From contig OZ024762.1 in the NCBI GenBank assembly GCA_964016885.1, positions 28,582,001 through 28,646,000 on the forward strand: a stretch of 64,000 nucleotides of DNA. Reading direction: 5' to 3'. The translations under genes and the position numbers were made by a program. The DNA comes from Eledone cirrhosa (lineage: Eukaryota). Below, one piece after another: positions 15,001 through 27,725 of this stretch (position 1 is the first letter of the stretch; each line of letters opens with the position of its first letter). The notes under the pieces are model-generated. The model ran no database searches and was not told the DNA's origin. It worked only from the letters and a program-made list of their open reading frames with translations.

Positions 15001-18000
15001 TGAATATTGCGTTGGTCTGTAACAAGACAGTAGCTTTTATTCAATATTGTTCTGGTCTGTAACAAGACAATAGCTTTTATTCAATATTAGGTTGGTCTGT
15101 AACAAGACAATAGCTTTTATTTAATATTGGGTTTGTCTGTAATAAGACAGTAGCTTTTATTCAATATTATGTTGGTGTGTAACAGGACAGTAGCTTTTAT
15201 TCAATATTGGGTTGGTCTGTAACAAGACAGTAGCTTTTATTCAATATTATGTTGGTGTGTAACAAGACAGTAGCTTTTATTAAATATTGGGTTGGTCTGC
15301 AACAAGACAGGAGCTTTTATGAAATATTGGGTTGGTCTGTAACAAGACAGTAGCTTTTATTAAATATTGGGTTGGTCTGTAACAAGACAGTAGCTTTTAT
15401 TAAATATTGGGTTGGTCTGTAATAAGACAGTAGCTTTTATTAAATATTGGGTTGGTGTGTAACAAGACAGTTGCTTTTATGCATTATTGGGTTGGTCTGT
15501 AACAAGACCGTAGCTTTTATTCAATATTGGGTTCGTGTGTAACAAGACAGTAGCTTTTATTCAATATTGGGATGGTCTGTAACAAGACAGTAGCTTTATT
15601 AGATATGGGGTTGCTCTGTAATAAGACAGTAGCTTTTATTCAATATTGGGTTGGTCTGTAACAAGACAGTAGCTTTTATTCAATATTGGGTTGGTGTGTA
15701 ACAAGACAGTAGCTTTTATTCAATATTGGGTTGGTCTGAAACAAGACAGTAGCTTTTATTAAATATTGGGTTGGTCTGTAACAAGACGGTAGCTTTTATT
15801 CAATATTCGGTTGGTGTGTAACAAGACAATAAGTTTTATTAAATATTGGGTTGGTCTGTAACAAGACAGTAGCTTTTATGCATTATTGGGTTGGTCTGTA
15901 ACAAGACAGTAGCTTTTATTAAATATTACGTTGTTGTGTAACAAGACACTAGCTTTTATTCAATATTATGTTGGTCTGAAACAAGACAGTAGCTTTTATT
16001 CAATATTGGGTTGGTGTGTAACAAGACAGTAGCTTTTATTAAATATTGGGTTCGACTGTAATAAGACAGTAGCTTTTATTCAATATTATGTTGGTGTGTA
16101 ACAAGACAGTAGGTTTTATTAAATATTGGGTTGGTCTGTAACAAGACAGTAGCTTTTATTGAATATTGGGTTGGTCTGTAACAAGACAGTAGCTTTTATT
16201 CAATATTGGGTTGGTGTGTAACACGACAGTAGCTTTCATTAAATATTGGGTTGGCTTGCAACAAGGCAGTAGCTTTTATTAAATATTGGGTTGGTCTGTA
16301 ACAAGACAGTAGCTTTTATTCAATATTGGGTTGGTCTGTAACAAGACAGTAGCTTTTATTCAATATTGGGTTGGTCTGTAACAATACAGTAGCTTTATTA
16401 GATATGCGGTTACTCTGTAACAAGACAGTAGCTTTTATTCTATATTGGGTTGGTGTGTAACACGACAGTAGCTTTTATTAAATATTGGGTTGGTCTGCAA
16501 CAAGGCAGTAGCTTTTATTAAATATTGGGTTGGTCTGTAACAAGAGAGTTGCTTTTATTAAATATTGGGTTGGTGTGTAACAAGACAGTAGCTTTTATTC
16601 AATATTGGGTTGGTCTGTAACAAGACAGTAGCTTTTATTCAATATTATGTTGGTGTGTAACAAGACAGTAGCTTTTATTAAATATTGGGTTGGTCTGCAA
16701 CAAGACAGTTGCTTTTATGCATTATTGGGTTGGTCTGTAACAAGACCGTAGCTTTTATTCAATATTGGGTTCGTGTGTAACAAGACAGTAGCTTTTATTC
16801 AATATTGGGATGGTCTGTAACAAGACAGTAGCTTTATTAGATATGGGGTTGCTCTGTAACAAGACAGTAGCTTTTATTCAATATTGGGTTGGTCTGTAAC
16901 AAGACAGTAGCTTTTATTCAATATTGGGTTGGTGTGTAACAAGACAGTAGCTTTTATTCAATATTGGGTTGGTCTGAAACAAGACAGTAGCTTTTATTAA
17001 ATATTGGGTTGGTCTGTAACAAGACGGTAGCTTTTATTCAATATTCGGTTGGTGTGTAACAAGACAATAACTTTTATTAAATATTGGGTTGGTCTGTAAC
17101 AAGACGGTAGCTTTTATTCAATATTGGGTTGGTGTGTAACAAGACAATAACTTTTATTAAATATTGGGTTGGTCTGTAACAAGACAGTAGCTTTTATGCA
17201 TTATTGGGTTGGTCTGTAACAAGACAGTAGCTTTTATTAAATATTGGGTTGGTGTGTAATAAGACAGTAGCTTTTATTAAATATTGGGTTGGTGTGTAAC
17301 AAGACAGTTGCTTTTATGCATTATTGGGTTGGTCTGTAACAAGACCGTAGCTTTTATTCAATATTGGGTTCGTGTGTAACAAGACAGTAGCTTTTATTCA
17401 ATATTGGGATGGTCTGTAACAAGACAGTAGCTTTATTAGATATGGGGTTGCTCTGTAACCAGACAGTAGCTTTTATTCAATATTGGGTTGGTCTGTAACA
17501 AGACAGTAGCTTTTATTCAATATTGGGTTGGTGTGTAACAAGACAGTAGCTTTTATTCAATATTGGGTTGGTCTGAAACAAGACAGTAGCTTTTATTAAA
17601 TATTGGGTTGGTCTGTAACAAGACGGTAGCTTTTATTCAATATTCGGTTGGTGTGTAACAAGACAATAACTTTTATTAAATATTGGGTTGGTCTGTAACA
17701 AGACAGTAGCTTTTATGCATTATTGGGTTGGTCTGTAACAAGACAGTAGCTTTTATTAAATATTACGTTGTTGTGTAACAAGACACTAGCTTTTATTCAA
17801 TATTATGTTGGTCTGAAACAAGACAGTAGCTTTTATTCAATATTGGGTTGGTGTGTAACAAGACAGTAGCTTTTATTAAATATTGGGTTCGACTGTAATA
17901 AGACAGTAGCTTTTATTCAATATTATGTTGGTGTGTAACAAGACAGTAGGTTTTATTAAATATTGGGTTAGTCTGTAACAAGACAGTAGCTTTTATTGAA

Positions 18001-21000
18001 TATTGGGTTGGTCTGTAACAAGACAGTAGCTTTTATTCAATATTTGGTTGGTGTGTAACACGACAGTAGCTTTCATTAAATATTGGGTTGGCTTGCAACA
18101 AGACAGTAGCTTTTATTCAATATTGGGTTGGTCTGTAACAAGACAGTAGCTTTTATTCAATATTGGGTTGGTCTGTAACAAGACAGTAGCTTTTATTCAA
18201 TATTGGGTTGGTCTGTAACAAGACAGTAGCTTTATTAAATAAGGGGTTGCTCTGTAACAAGACAGTAGCTTTTATTCAATATTGGGTTGGTCTGTAACAA
18301 TACAGTAGCTTTATTAGATATGCGGTTACTCTGTAACAAGACAGTAGCTTTTATTCTATATTAGGTTGGTGTGTAACACGACAGTAGCTTTTATTAAATA
18401 TTGGGTTGGTCTGCAACAAGGCAGTAGCTTTTATTAAATATTGGGTTGGTCTGTAACAAGAGAGTTGCTTTTATTAAATATTGGGTTGGTGTGTAACAAG
18501 ACAGTAGCTTTTATTCAATATTGGGTTGGTCTGTAACAAGACAGTAGCTTTTATTCAATATTATGTTGGTGTGTAACAAGACAGTAGCTTTTATTAAATA
18601 TTGGGTTGGTCTGCAACAAGACAGGAGCTTTTATGAAATATTGGGTTGGTCTGTAACAAGACAGTAGCTTTTATTCAATATTGGGTTCGTCTGTAACAAG
18701 ACAGTAGCTTGTATTCAATATTGGGTTGGTGTGTCACAAGACAGTAGCTTTTATTAAATATTACGTTGTTGTGTAACAAGACACTAGCTTTTATTCAATA
18801 TTATGTTGGTCTGAAACAAGACAGTAGCTTTTATTCAATATTGGGTTGGTGTGTAACAAGACAGTAGCTTTTATTAAATATTGGGTTCGACTGTAATAAG
18901 ACAGTAGCTTTTATTCAATATTATGTTGGTGTGTAATAAGACAGTAGGTTTTATTAAATATTGGGTTGGTCTGTAACAAGACAGTAGCTTTTATTGAATA
19001 TTGGGTTGGTCTGTAACAAGACAGTAGCTTTTATTCAATATTGGGTTGGTGTGTAACACGACAGTAGCTTTTATTAAATATTGGGTTGGCTTGCAACAAG
19101 GCAGTAGCTTTTATTAAATATTGGGTTGGTCTGTAACAAGACAGTAGCTTTTATTCAATATTGGGTTGGTCTGTAACAAGACAGTAGCTTTTATTCAATA
19201 TTGGGTTGGTCTGTAACAAGACAGTAGCTTTATTAGATAAGGGGTTGCTCTGTAACAAGACAGTAGCTTTTATTCAATATTGGGTTGGTCTGTAACAATA
19301 CAGTAGCTTTATTAGATATGCGGTTACTCTGTAACAAGACTAGCTTTTATTCTATATTGGGTTGGTGTGTAACACGACAGTAGCTTTTATTAAATATTGG
19401 GTTGGTCTGCAACAAGGCAGTAGCTTTTATTAAATATTGGGTTGGTCTGTAACAAGAGAGTTGCTTTTATTAAATATTGGGTTGGTGTGTAACAAGACAG
19501 TAGCTTTTATTCAATATTGGGTTGGTCTGTAACAAGACAGTAGCTTTTATTCAATATTATGTTGGTGTGTAACAAGACAGTAGCTTTTATTAAATATTGG
19601 GTTGGTCTGCAACAAGACAGGAGCTTTTATGAAATATTGGGTTGGTCTGTAACAAGACAGTAGCTTTTATTCAATATTGGGTTGGTGTGTAACACGACAG
19701 TAGCTTTCATTAAATATTGGGTTGGCTTGTAACAAGGCAGTAGCTTTTATTAAATATTGGGTTGGTCTGTCACTGGACAGTAGCTTTATTAGATAAGGGG
19801 TTGCTCTGTAACAAGACAGTAGCTTTTATTCAATATTGGGTTGGTCTGTAACAATACAGTAGCTTTATTAGATATGCGGTTACTCTGTAACAAGACAGTA
19901 GCTTTTATTCTATATTGGGTTGGTGTGTAACACGACAGTAGCTTTTATTAAATATTGGGTTGGTCTGCAACAAGGCAGTAGCTTTTATTAAATATTGGGT
20001 TGGTCTGTAACAAGAGAGTTGCTTTTATTAAATATTGGGTTGGTGTGTAACAAGACAGTAGCTTTTATTCAATATTGGGTTGGTCTGTAACAAGACAGTA
20101 GCTTTTATTCAATATTATGTTGGTGTGTAACAAGACAGTAGCTTTTATTAAATATTGGGTTGGTCTGCAACAAGACAGGAGCTTTTATGAAATATTGGGT
20201 TGGTCTGTAACAAGACAGTAGCTTTTATTCAATATTGGGTTGGTCTGTAACAAGACAGTAGCTTTATTAAATAAGGGGTTGCTCTGTAACAAGACAGTAG
20301 CTTTTATTCAATATTGGGTTGGTCTGTAACAATACAGTAGCTTTATTAGATATGCGGTTACTCTGTAACAAGACAGTAGCTTTTATTCTATATTAGGTTG
20401 GTGTGTAACACGACAGTAGCTTTTATTAAATATTGGGTTGGTCTGCAACAAGGCAGTAGCTTTTATTAAATATTGGGTTGGTCTGTAACAAGAGAGTTGC
20501 TTTTATTAAATATTGGGTTGGTGTGTAACAAGACAGTAGCTTTTATTCAATATTGGGTTGGTCTGTAACAAGACAGTAGCTTTTATTCAATATTATGTTG
20601 GTGTGTAACAAGACAGTAGCTTTTATTAAATATTGGGTTGGTCTGCAACAAGACAGGAGCTTTTATGAAATATTGGGTTGGTCTGTAACAAGACAGTAGC
20701 TTTTATTCAATATTGGGTTCGTCTGTAACAAGACAGTAGCTTGTATTCAATATTGGGTTGGTGTGTCACAAGACAGTAGCTTTTATTAAATATTACGTTG
20801 TTGTGTAACAAGACACTAGCTTTTATTCAATATTATGTTGGTCTGAAACAAGACAGTAGCTTTTATTCAATATTGGGTTGGTGTGTAACAAGACAGTAGC
20901 TTTTATTAAATATTGGGTTCGACTGTAATAAGACAGTAGCTTTTATTCAATATTATGTTGGTGTGTAATAAGACAGTAGGTTTTATTAAATATTGGGTTG

Positions 21001-24000
21001 GTCTGTAACAAGACAGTAGCTTTTATTGAATATTGGGTTGGTCTGTAACAAGACAGTAGCTTTTATTCAATATTGGGTTGGTGTGTAACACGACAGTAGC
21101 TTTTATTAAATATTGGGTTGGCTTGCAACAAGGCAGTAGCTTTTATTAAATATTGGGTTGGTCTGTAACAAGACAGTAGCTTTTATTCAATATTGGGTTG
21201 GTCTGTAACAAGACAGTAGCTTTTATTCAATATTGGGTTGGTCTGTAACAAGACAGTAGCTTTATTAGATAAGGGGTTGCTCTGTAACAAGACAGTAGCT
21301 TTTATTCAATATTGGGTTGGTCTGTAACAATACAGTAGCTTTATTAGATATGCGGTTACTCTGTAACAAGACTAGCTTTTATTCTATATTGGGTTGGTGT
21401 GTAACACGACAGTAGCTTTTATTAAATATTGGGTTGGTCTGCAACAAGGCAGTAGCTTTTATTAAATATTGGGTTGGTCTGTAACAAGAGAGTTGCTTTT
21501 ATTAAATATTGGGTTGGTGTGTAACAAGACAGTAGCTTTTATTCAATATTGGGTTGGTCTGTAACAAGACAGTAGCTTTTATTCAATATTATGTTGGTGT
21601 GTAACAAGACAGTAGCTTTTATTAAATATTGGGTTGGTCTGCAACAAGACAGGAGCTTTTATGAAATATTGGGTTGGTCTGTAACAAGACAGTAGCTTTT
21701 ATTCAATATTGGGTTCGTCTGTAACAAGACAGTAGCTTTTATTCAATATTGGGTTGGTGTGTCACAAGACAGTAGCTTTTATTAAATATTGGGTTGGTCT
21801 GTAACAAGACAGTAGCTTTTATTAAATATTGGGTTGGTCTGTAATAAGACAGTAGCTTTTATTAAATATTGGGTTGGTGTGTAACAAGACAGTTGCTTTT
21901 ATGCATTATTGGGTTGGTCTGTAACAAGACCGTAGCTTTTATTCAATATTGGGTTCGTGTGTAACAAGACAGTAGCTTTTATTCAATATTGGGATGGTCT
22001 GTAACAAGACAGTAGCTTTATTAGATATGGGGTTGCTCTGTAACAAGACAGTAGCTTTTATTCAATATTGGGTTGGTCTGTAACAAGACAGTAGCTTTTA
22101 TTCAATATTGGGTTGGTGTGTAACAAGACAGTAGCTTTTATTCAATATTGGGTTGGTCTGAAACAAGACAGTAGCTTTTATTAAATATTGGGTTGGTCTG
22201 TAACAAGACGGTAGCTTTTATTCAATATTCGGTTGGTGTGTAACAAGACAATAACTTTTATTAAATATTGGGTTGGTCTGTAACAAGACAGTAGCTTTTA
22301 TGCATTATTGGGTTGGTCTGTAACAAGACAGTAGCTTTTATTCAATATTGGGTTGGTGTGTAACATGTCAGTAGCTTTTATTAAATATTAGGTTGGTCTG
22401 TAACAAGACAATAGCTTTTATTAAATATTGGGTTGGTGTGTAACAAGACAATAGCTTTTATTAAATATTGGGTTGGTGTGTAACAAGAAAGTAGCTTTTA
22501 TTAAATATTGGGTTCGTCTGTAATAAGACAGTAGCTTTTATTCAATATTATGTTGGTGTGTAACAAGACAGTAGATTTTATTAAATATTGGGTTGGTCTG
22601 TAACAAGAGAGTTGCTTTTATTAAATATTGGGTTGGTGTGTAACAAGACAGTAGCTTTTATTCAATATTGGGTTGGTGTGTAACAATACAGTAGCTTTTA
22701 TGCAATATTGGGTTGGTCTGTAACAAGAGAGTAGCTTTTATTGAATATTGCGTTGGTCTGTAACAAGACAGTAGCTTTTATTCAATATTGTTCTGGTCTG
22801 TAACAAGACAATAGCTTTTATTCAATATTAGGTTGTTCTGTAACAAGACAATAGCTTTTATTTAATATTGGGTTTGTCTGTAATAAGACAGTAGCTTTTA
22901 TTCAATATTATGTTGGTGTGCAACAAGACAGTAGCTTTTATTAAATATTGGGTTGGTCTGTAACAAACAGTTGCTTTTACGCATTATTGGGTTGGTCTGT
23001 AACAAGACAGTAGCTTTTATTGAATATTGGGTTGGTCTGTAACATGACAGTAGCTTTTATTCAATATTGGGTTGGTGTGTAACACGACAGTAGCTTTTAC
23101 TAAATATTGAGGTGGGTTGCAACAAGGCAGTAGCTTTTATTAAATATTGGGTTGGTCTGTAACAAGACAGTAGCTTTTATTCAATATTGGGTTGGTCTGT
23201 AACAAGACAGTAGCTTTTATTCAATATTGGGTTGGTCTGTAACAAGACAGTAGCTTTTATTTAATATTGGGTTGGTCTGTAACAAGACAGTAGCTTTATT
23301 AGATATGGGGTTGCTCTGTAACAAGACAGTAGCTTTTATTTAATATTGGGTTGGTCTGTAACAAGACAGTAGCTTTATTAGATATGGGGTTGCTCTGTAA
23401 CAAGACAGTAGCTTTTATTCAATATTGGGTTGGTGTGTAACACGACAGTAGCTTTTATAAAATATTGGGTTGGTCTGCAACAAGGCAGTAGCTTTTATTC
23501 AATATTGGGTTGGTCTGTAACAAGACAGTAGCTTTATTAGATATGAGGTTGCTCTGTAACAAGACAGTAGCTTTTATTCAATATTGGGTTGGTGTGTAAC
23601 ACGACAGTAGCTTTTATTAAATATTGGGTTGGTCTGCAACAAGGCAGTAGCTTTTATTAAATATTGGGTTGGTCTGTAACAAGACAGTAGCTTTATTAGA
23701 TATGGGGTTGCTCTGTAACAAGACAGTAGCTTTTATTAAATATTGGTTTGGTCTGTAACAAGACAGTAGCTTTTATTCAATATTGGGTTTACTGTGTAAC
23801 AAGACAGTAGCTTTTATTCAATATTGGGTTGGTCTGAAACAAGACAGTAGCTTTTATTAAATATTGGGTTGGTCTGTAACAAGACGGTAGCTTTTATTCA
23901 ATATTCGGTTGGTGTGTAACAAGACAATAGCTTTTATTAAATATTGGGTTGGTCTGTAACAAGACAGTAGCTTTTATGCATTATTGGGTTGGTCTGTAAC

Positions 24001-25448
24001 AAGACAGTAGCTTTTATTCAATATTGGGTTGGTGTGTAACAAGTCAGTAGCTCTTATTAAATATTAGGTTGGTCTGTAACAAGACAGTAGCTTTTCTTCA
24101 ATACTAGGTTGGTCTGTAACAAGACAATAGCTTTTATTAAATATTGGGTTGGTGTGTAACAAGACAGTAGCTTTTATTAAATATTGGGTTCGTCTGTAAT
24201 AAGACAGTAGCTTTTATTCAATATTATGTTGGTGTGTAACAAGACAGTAGATTTTATTAAATATTGGGTTGGTCTGTAACAAGAGAGTTGCTTTTATTAA
24301 ATATTGGGTTGGTCTGTAACAAGACAGTAGCTTTTATTCAATATTAGGTTAGTGTATAACAAGACAGTAGCTTTTATTAAATATTGTGTTGGTCTGTAAC
24401 AAGACAGTAGCTTTTATTGAATATTGCGTTGGTCTGTAACAAGACAGTAGCTTTTATTCAATATTGTTCTGGTCTGTAACAAGACAATAGCTTTTATTCA
24501 ATATTAGGTTGGTCTGTAACAAGACAATAGCTTTTATTAAATATTGGGTTCGTCTGTAATAAGACAGTAGCTTTTATTCAATATTATGTTGGTGTGTAAC
24601 AAGACAGTAGCTTTTATTAAATATTGGATTGGTCTGTAACAAGACAGTTGCTTTTATGCATTATTGGGTTGGTCTGTAACAAGACAGTAGCTTTTATTCA
24701 ATATTGGGTTCGTGCGTAACAAGACAGTAGCTTTTATTCAATATTTGGTTGGGGTGTAACAAGACAGTAGCTTTTATTAAATATTAGGTTGGTCTGTAAC
24801 AAGTCAGTAGCTTTGATTGAATATTGGGTTGGTCTGTAACAAGACAGTAGCTTTTATTCAATATTAGATTAGTGTATAACAAGACAGTAGCTTTTATTAA
24901 ATATTGTGTTGGTCTGTAACAAGACAGTAGCTTTTATTCAATATTAGGTTGGTCCGTAACAAGACAGTAGCTTTTATTAAATATTGGGTTCGTCTGTAAT
25001 AAGACAGTAGCTTTTATGAAATATTGGGTTGGTCTGTAACAAGACAGTAGCTTTTATTCAATATTGGGTTGGTCTGTAACAAGACAGTAGCTTTTATTCA
25101 ATATTGGGTTGGTGTGTCACAAGACAGTAGCTTTTATTAAATATTGGGTTGGTCTGTAACAAGACAGTAGCTTTTATTAAATATTGGGTTGGTCTGTAAT
25201 AAGACAGTAGCTTTTATTAAATATTGGGTTGGTGTGTAACAAGACAGTAGCTTTTATTAAATATTGGGTTGGTCTGTAACAAGACAGTTGCTTTTATGCA
25301 TTATTGGGTTGGTCTGTAACAAGACAGTAGCTTTTATTCAATATTGGGTTCGTGTGTAACAAGACAGTAGCTTTTATTCAATATTGGGTTGGTGTGTAAC
25401 AAGACAGTAGCTTTTATTCAATATTGGGTTCGTCTGAAACAAGACAGT
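1..25448. repeat. 40-bp satellite array (~635 monomers, continues off the left edge) with higher-order repeats
   Basis: Consensus TGTAACAAGACAGTAGCTTTTATT(C/A)AATATTGGGTTGGT(C/G) repeats uninterrupted. 38-39-bp variant monomers recur in ordered blocks. Confidence 0.99.
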
Positions 25449-26231
25449 AGCTTTTATCACCTCAAACTAGGTCTTCCTACTCCATAGCTTCCATCAATTG
25501 GGTGAGGTCAGCTTTTATCACCTCATACCAGGTCTTCCTACATCACAGCTTCCATCAATTGTGTGAAGTCACCTTTCATCACCTCAAACTAGGTCTTCCT
25601 ACTTCACAGCTTCCATCAATTGTGTGAGGTCAGCTTTTATCACCTCAAACTAGGTCTTCCTACTTCACAGTTTCCATCAATTGTGTGATGTCAGCTTTTA
25701 TCACCTCAAACTAGGTCTTCCTACTCCATAGCTTCCATCAATTGTGTGAAGTCAGCTTTTATCAGCTCATCCCAAGTCTTCCTACTCCATAGCTTACATC
25801 AATTGTGTGAGGTCAGCTTTTATCACCTCAGACTAGGTCTTCCTACTTCACAGCTTCCATCAATTGTGTGAAGTCAGCTTTTATCACCTTAAATTAGTTC
25901 TTCCTACTCCATAGCTTCCACCAATTGTGTGAAGTCAGCTTTTATCACATCAAACTAGGTCTTCCTACTCCATAGCTTCCATCAATTGTGTGAAGTCAGC
26001 TTTTATCACCTCATCCCAAGTCTTCCTACTTCACAGCTTCCATCAATTGTGTGAAGTCAGCTTTTATCACCTCAAACTAATTCTTCCTACTCCATAGCTT
26101 CCACCAATTGTGTGAAGTCAGCTTTTATCACCTCAAACTAATTCTTCCTACTCTATAGCTTCCACCAATTGTGTGAAGTCAGCTTTTATCACCTCAAACT
26201 AGGTCTTCCTACTCCATAGCTTCCATCAATT
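25449..26231. repeat. 61-bp minisatellite, ~13 copies (RTE 3'-end derived)
   Basis: Unit CAGCTTTTATCACCTCAAACTAGGTCTTCCTACTCCATAGCTTCCATCAATTGTGTGAGGT. Shorter arrays of the same unit occur at 38628, 40478 and 61766. Confidence 0.97.
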
Positions 26232-26516
26232 TTATAAAATGCTTGAAAATGACTTAGAAATTTTTTTAATCAAAGTCAAAATTTAATCCCAAAGAGAGGA
26301 AATTGGAACATTATCCACTGAAAGTTGCTTAGCCCTTTAACCTTTTAACTGGCCATATCTGGCCAGAATTTTGTCCTCTCTTTCGTTTTAAACCAGCCGT
26401 AATGGACACTCATTCTGATGTTAAGGTATTGTTCTCAATATATATAATATCAAAATCTCATAGATTCGATATTATGTGACATATGTGAGGTAAAGCCTTT
26501 ACCATGGAAATATAAT

Positions 26517-26695
26517 TGTTTCTACTTTAGGCACAAGGCCAGTAATTACCCAGTGCATTACTGGTACTTTATTTTATCGATCCCGTAAGGATGAAAGGCA
26601 AAGTCAACCTCGGCGGGATTTGAACTCAGATCGTAAAGGGACGTAACTATGCTGGAAAGCATGGCGTCCGACCCTCTACCGATACTGCCAATCCA
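26517..26695 (-). mobile_element. tRNA-derived SINE (Nin/Deu-type core) with 14-bp target site duplication
   Basis: The minus strand has a B-box GAGTTCAAATCC followed by GACTTTGCCTTTCATCCTTACGGGATCGATAAAAT. CATGGAAATATAAT is duplicated at 26503-26516 and 26696-26709. Empty sites are present in the paralogous units near 41252 and 62219. Confidence 0.88.
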
Positions 26696-26949
26696 CATGG
26701 AAATATAATAGTATATATGTAGTAATGTAAATACTAAAGGGCTAAACCCTGAACGAAGGACTTTTAAGTCCTGCAATATTGGACAAATAAAAGAACAACA
26801 ACAAAAAAAAACAAACAAAGATTACCAGGTAACTTTTACTTTTCCTTACCTCCTCTTACAGTCCATTTTGCATTGTTTAGCCTTCTATCTCTTTCAACGT
26901 TATATATTATTTAGAATGCTTCAAGCAAACTACAACATTTTATTATATA

Positions 26950-27440
26950 TCATCATCATAATCATTAATTAACGTCCATGTTCCACGCTAGCATGGGTTA
27001 GACGGGTCCAATTTAGAGGCAATATGTGTCAGATGACCGTGTCTCACTCATATAGGGGTGTTTCTCGCTAGCTAGCTTTCTACAGCTGGATGCCCTTCCT
27101 AACGCCAACCACTTTGACAGTGTGGACTGGATGCATTTCCCAAGACACCTACATGTCCACTTTACAGTGTGGGCTGGGTGCTCTTTGCGTTGCGGTGTCT
27201 TTTACATGTCCAGTGTGGGTGGGATATATATATATATATATATGTGTCTGTGTCATCACCATTTAACGTCCATTTTTCTATTCTTGCATGGGTTAGACGG
27301 GTCATCCACGCCAGGAGGCAAGTCTGGCCAGGTTTGGCCATGTGTCACATCTTGCTCAGGCGAGGTCTGTAAATTTGGTCGGATATTTTACAGCCGGATT
27401 CCCTTCCTAACATGAACCATGTTTACAGTGTGGAACTGGA
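26950..27440 (-). mobile_element. Two tandem degenerate RTE-tailed non-autonomous retroposon fragments
   Basis: (CAT)n tail, AACGTCC...GCATGGGTTAGACGG, and a CAGCTGGATGCCCTTCCTAAC motif. Paralogous copies lie at ~41500-41980 and ~62660-62840. Confidence 0.65.
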
Positions 27441-27454
27441 TGGCTCTGTTATGA

Positions 27455-27725
27455 GGAGGGACAGGCCAGTTGGCTGCACTGAACCCATCTCACAGTGCAA
27501 CTATAATTTTGGGGTCTGGTACTGGGTGGCACCATTATGAGAAAGGGTGGCCAGCCAGATGGGCCAAACCCTTTTCATGAGGTTACCATAGTTATGGGGA
27601 CTGGTACTGGATGGTACAGTTACGAGAAGGGCTGGCCAGTTGGCTGCACCACTATGGGGAGGGTAGCCAGTCGGCTGAGCCAAACCCATCTCACAAGGTT
27701 ACCACAGTTTTGGGGCCCTGTACTA
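27455..27725. repeat. Degenerate GC-rich tandem repeat upstream of each ZNF unit
   Basis: Recurrent GGCCAGTTGGCTGCAC, AACCCATCTCACA and GGTTACCA motifs. Paralogs at ~41995-42270 and ~62855-63015. Confidence 0.6.

Noticed and set aside
1-25448. CRISPR-like array or coding repeat (ORF 12682-12867)
   Set aside because: Monomers are contiguous with no unique spacers and there are no cas genes. The ORF is a chance stop-free frame in satellite.
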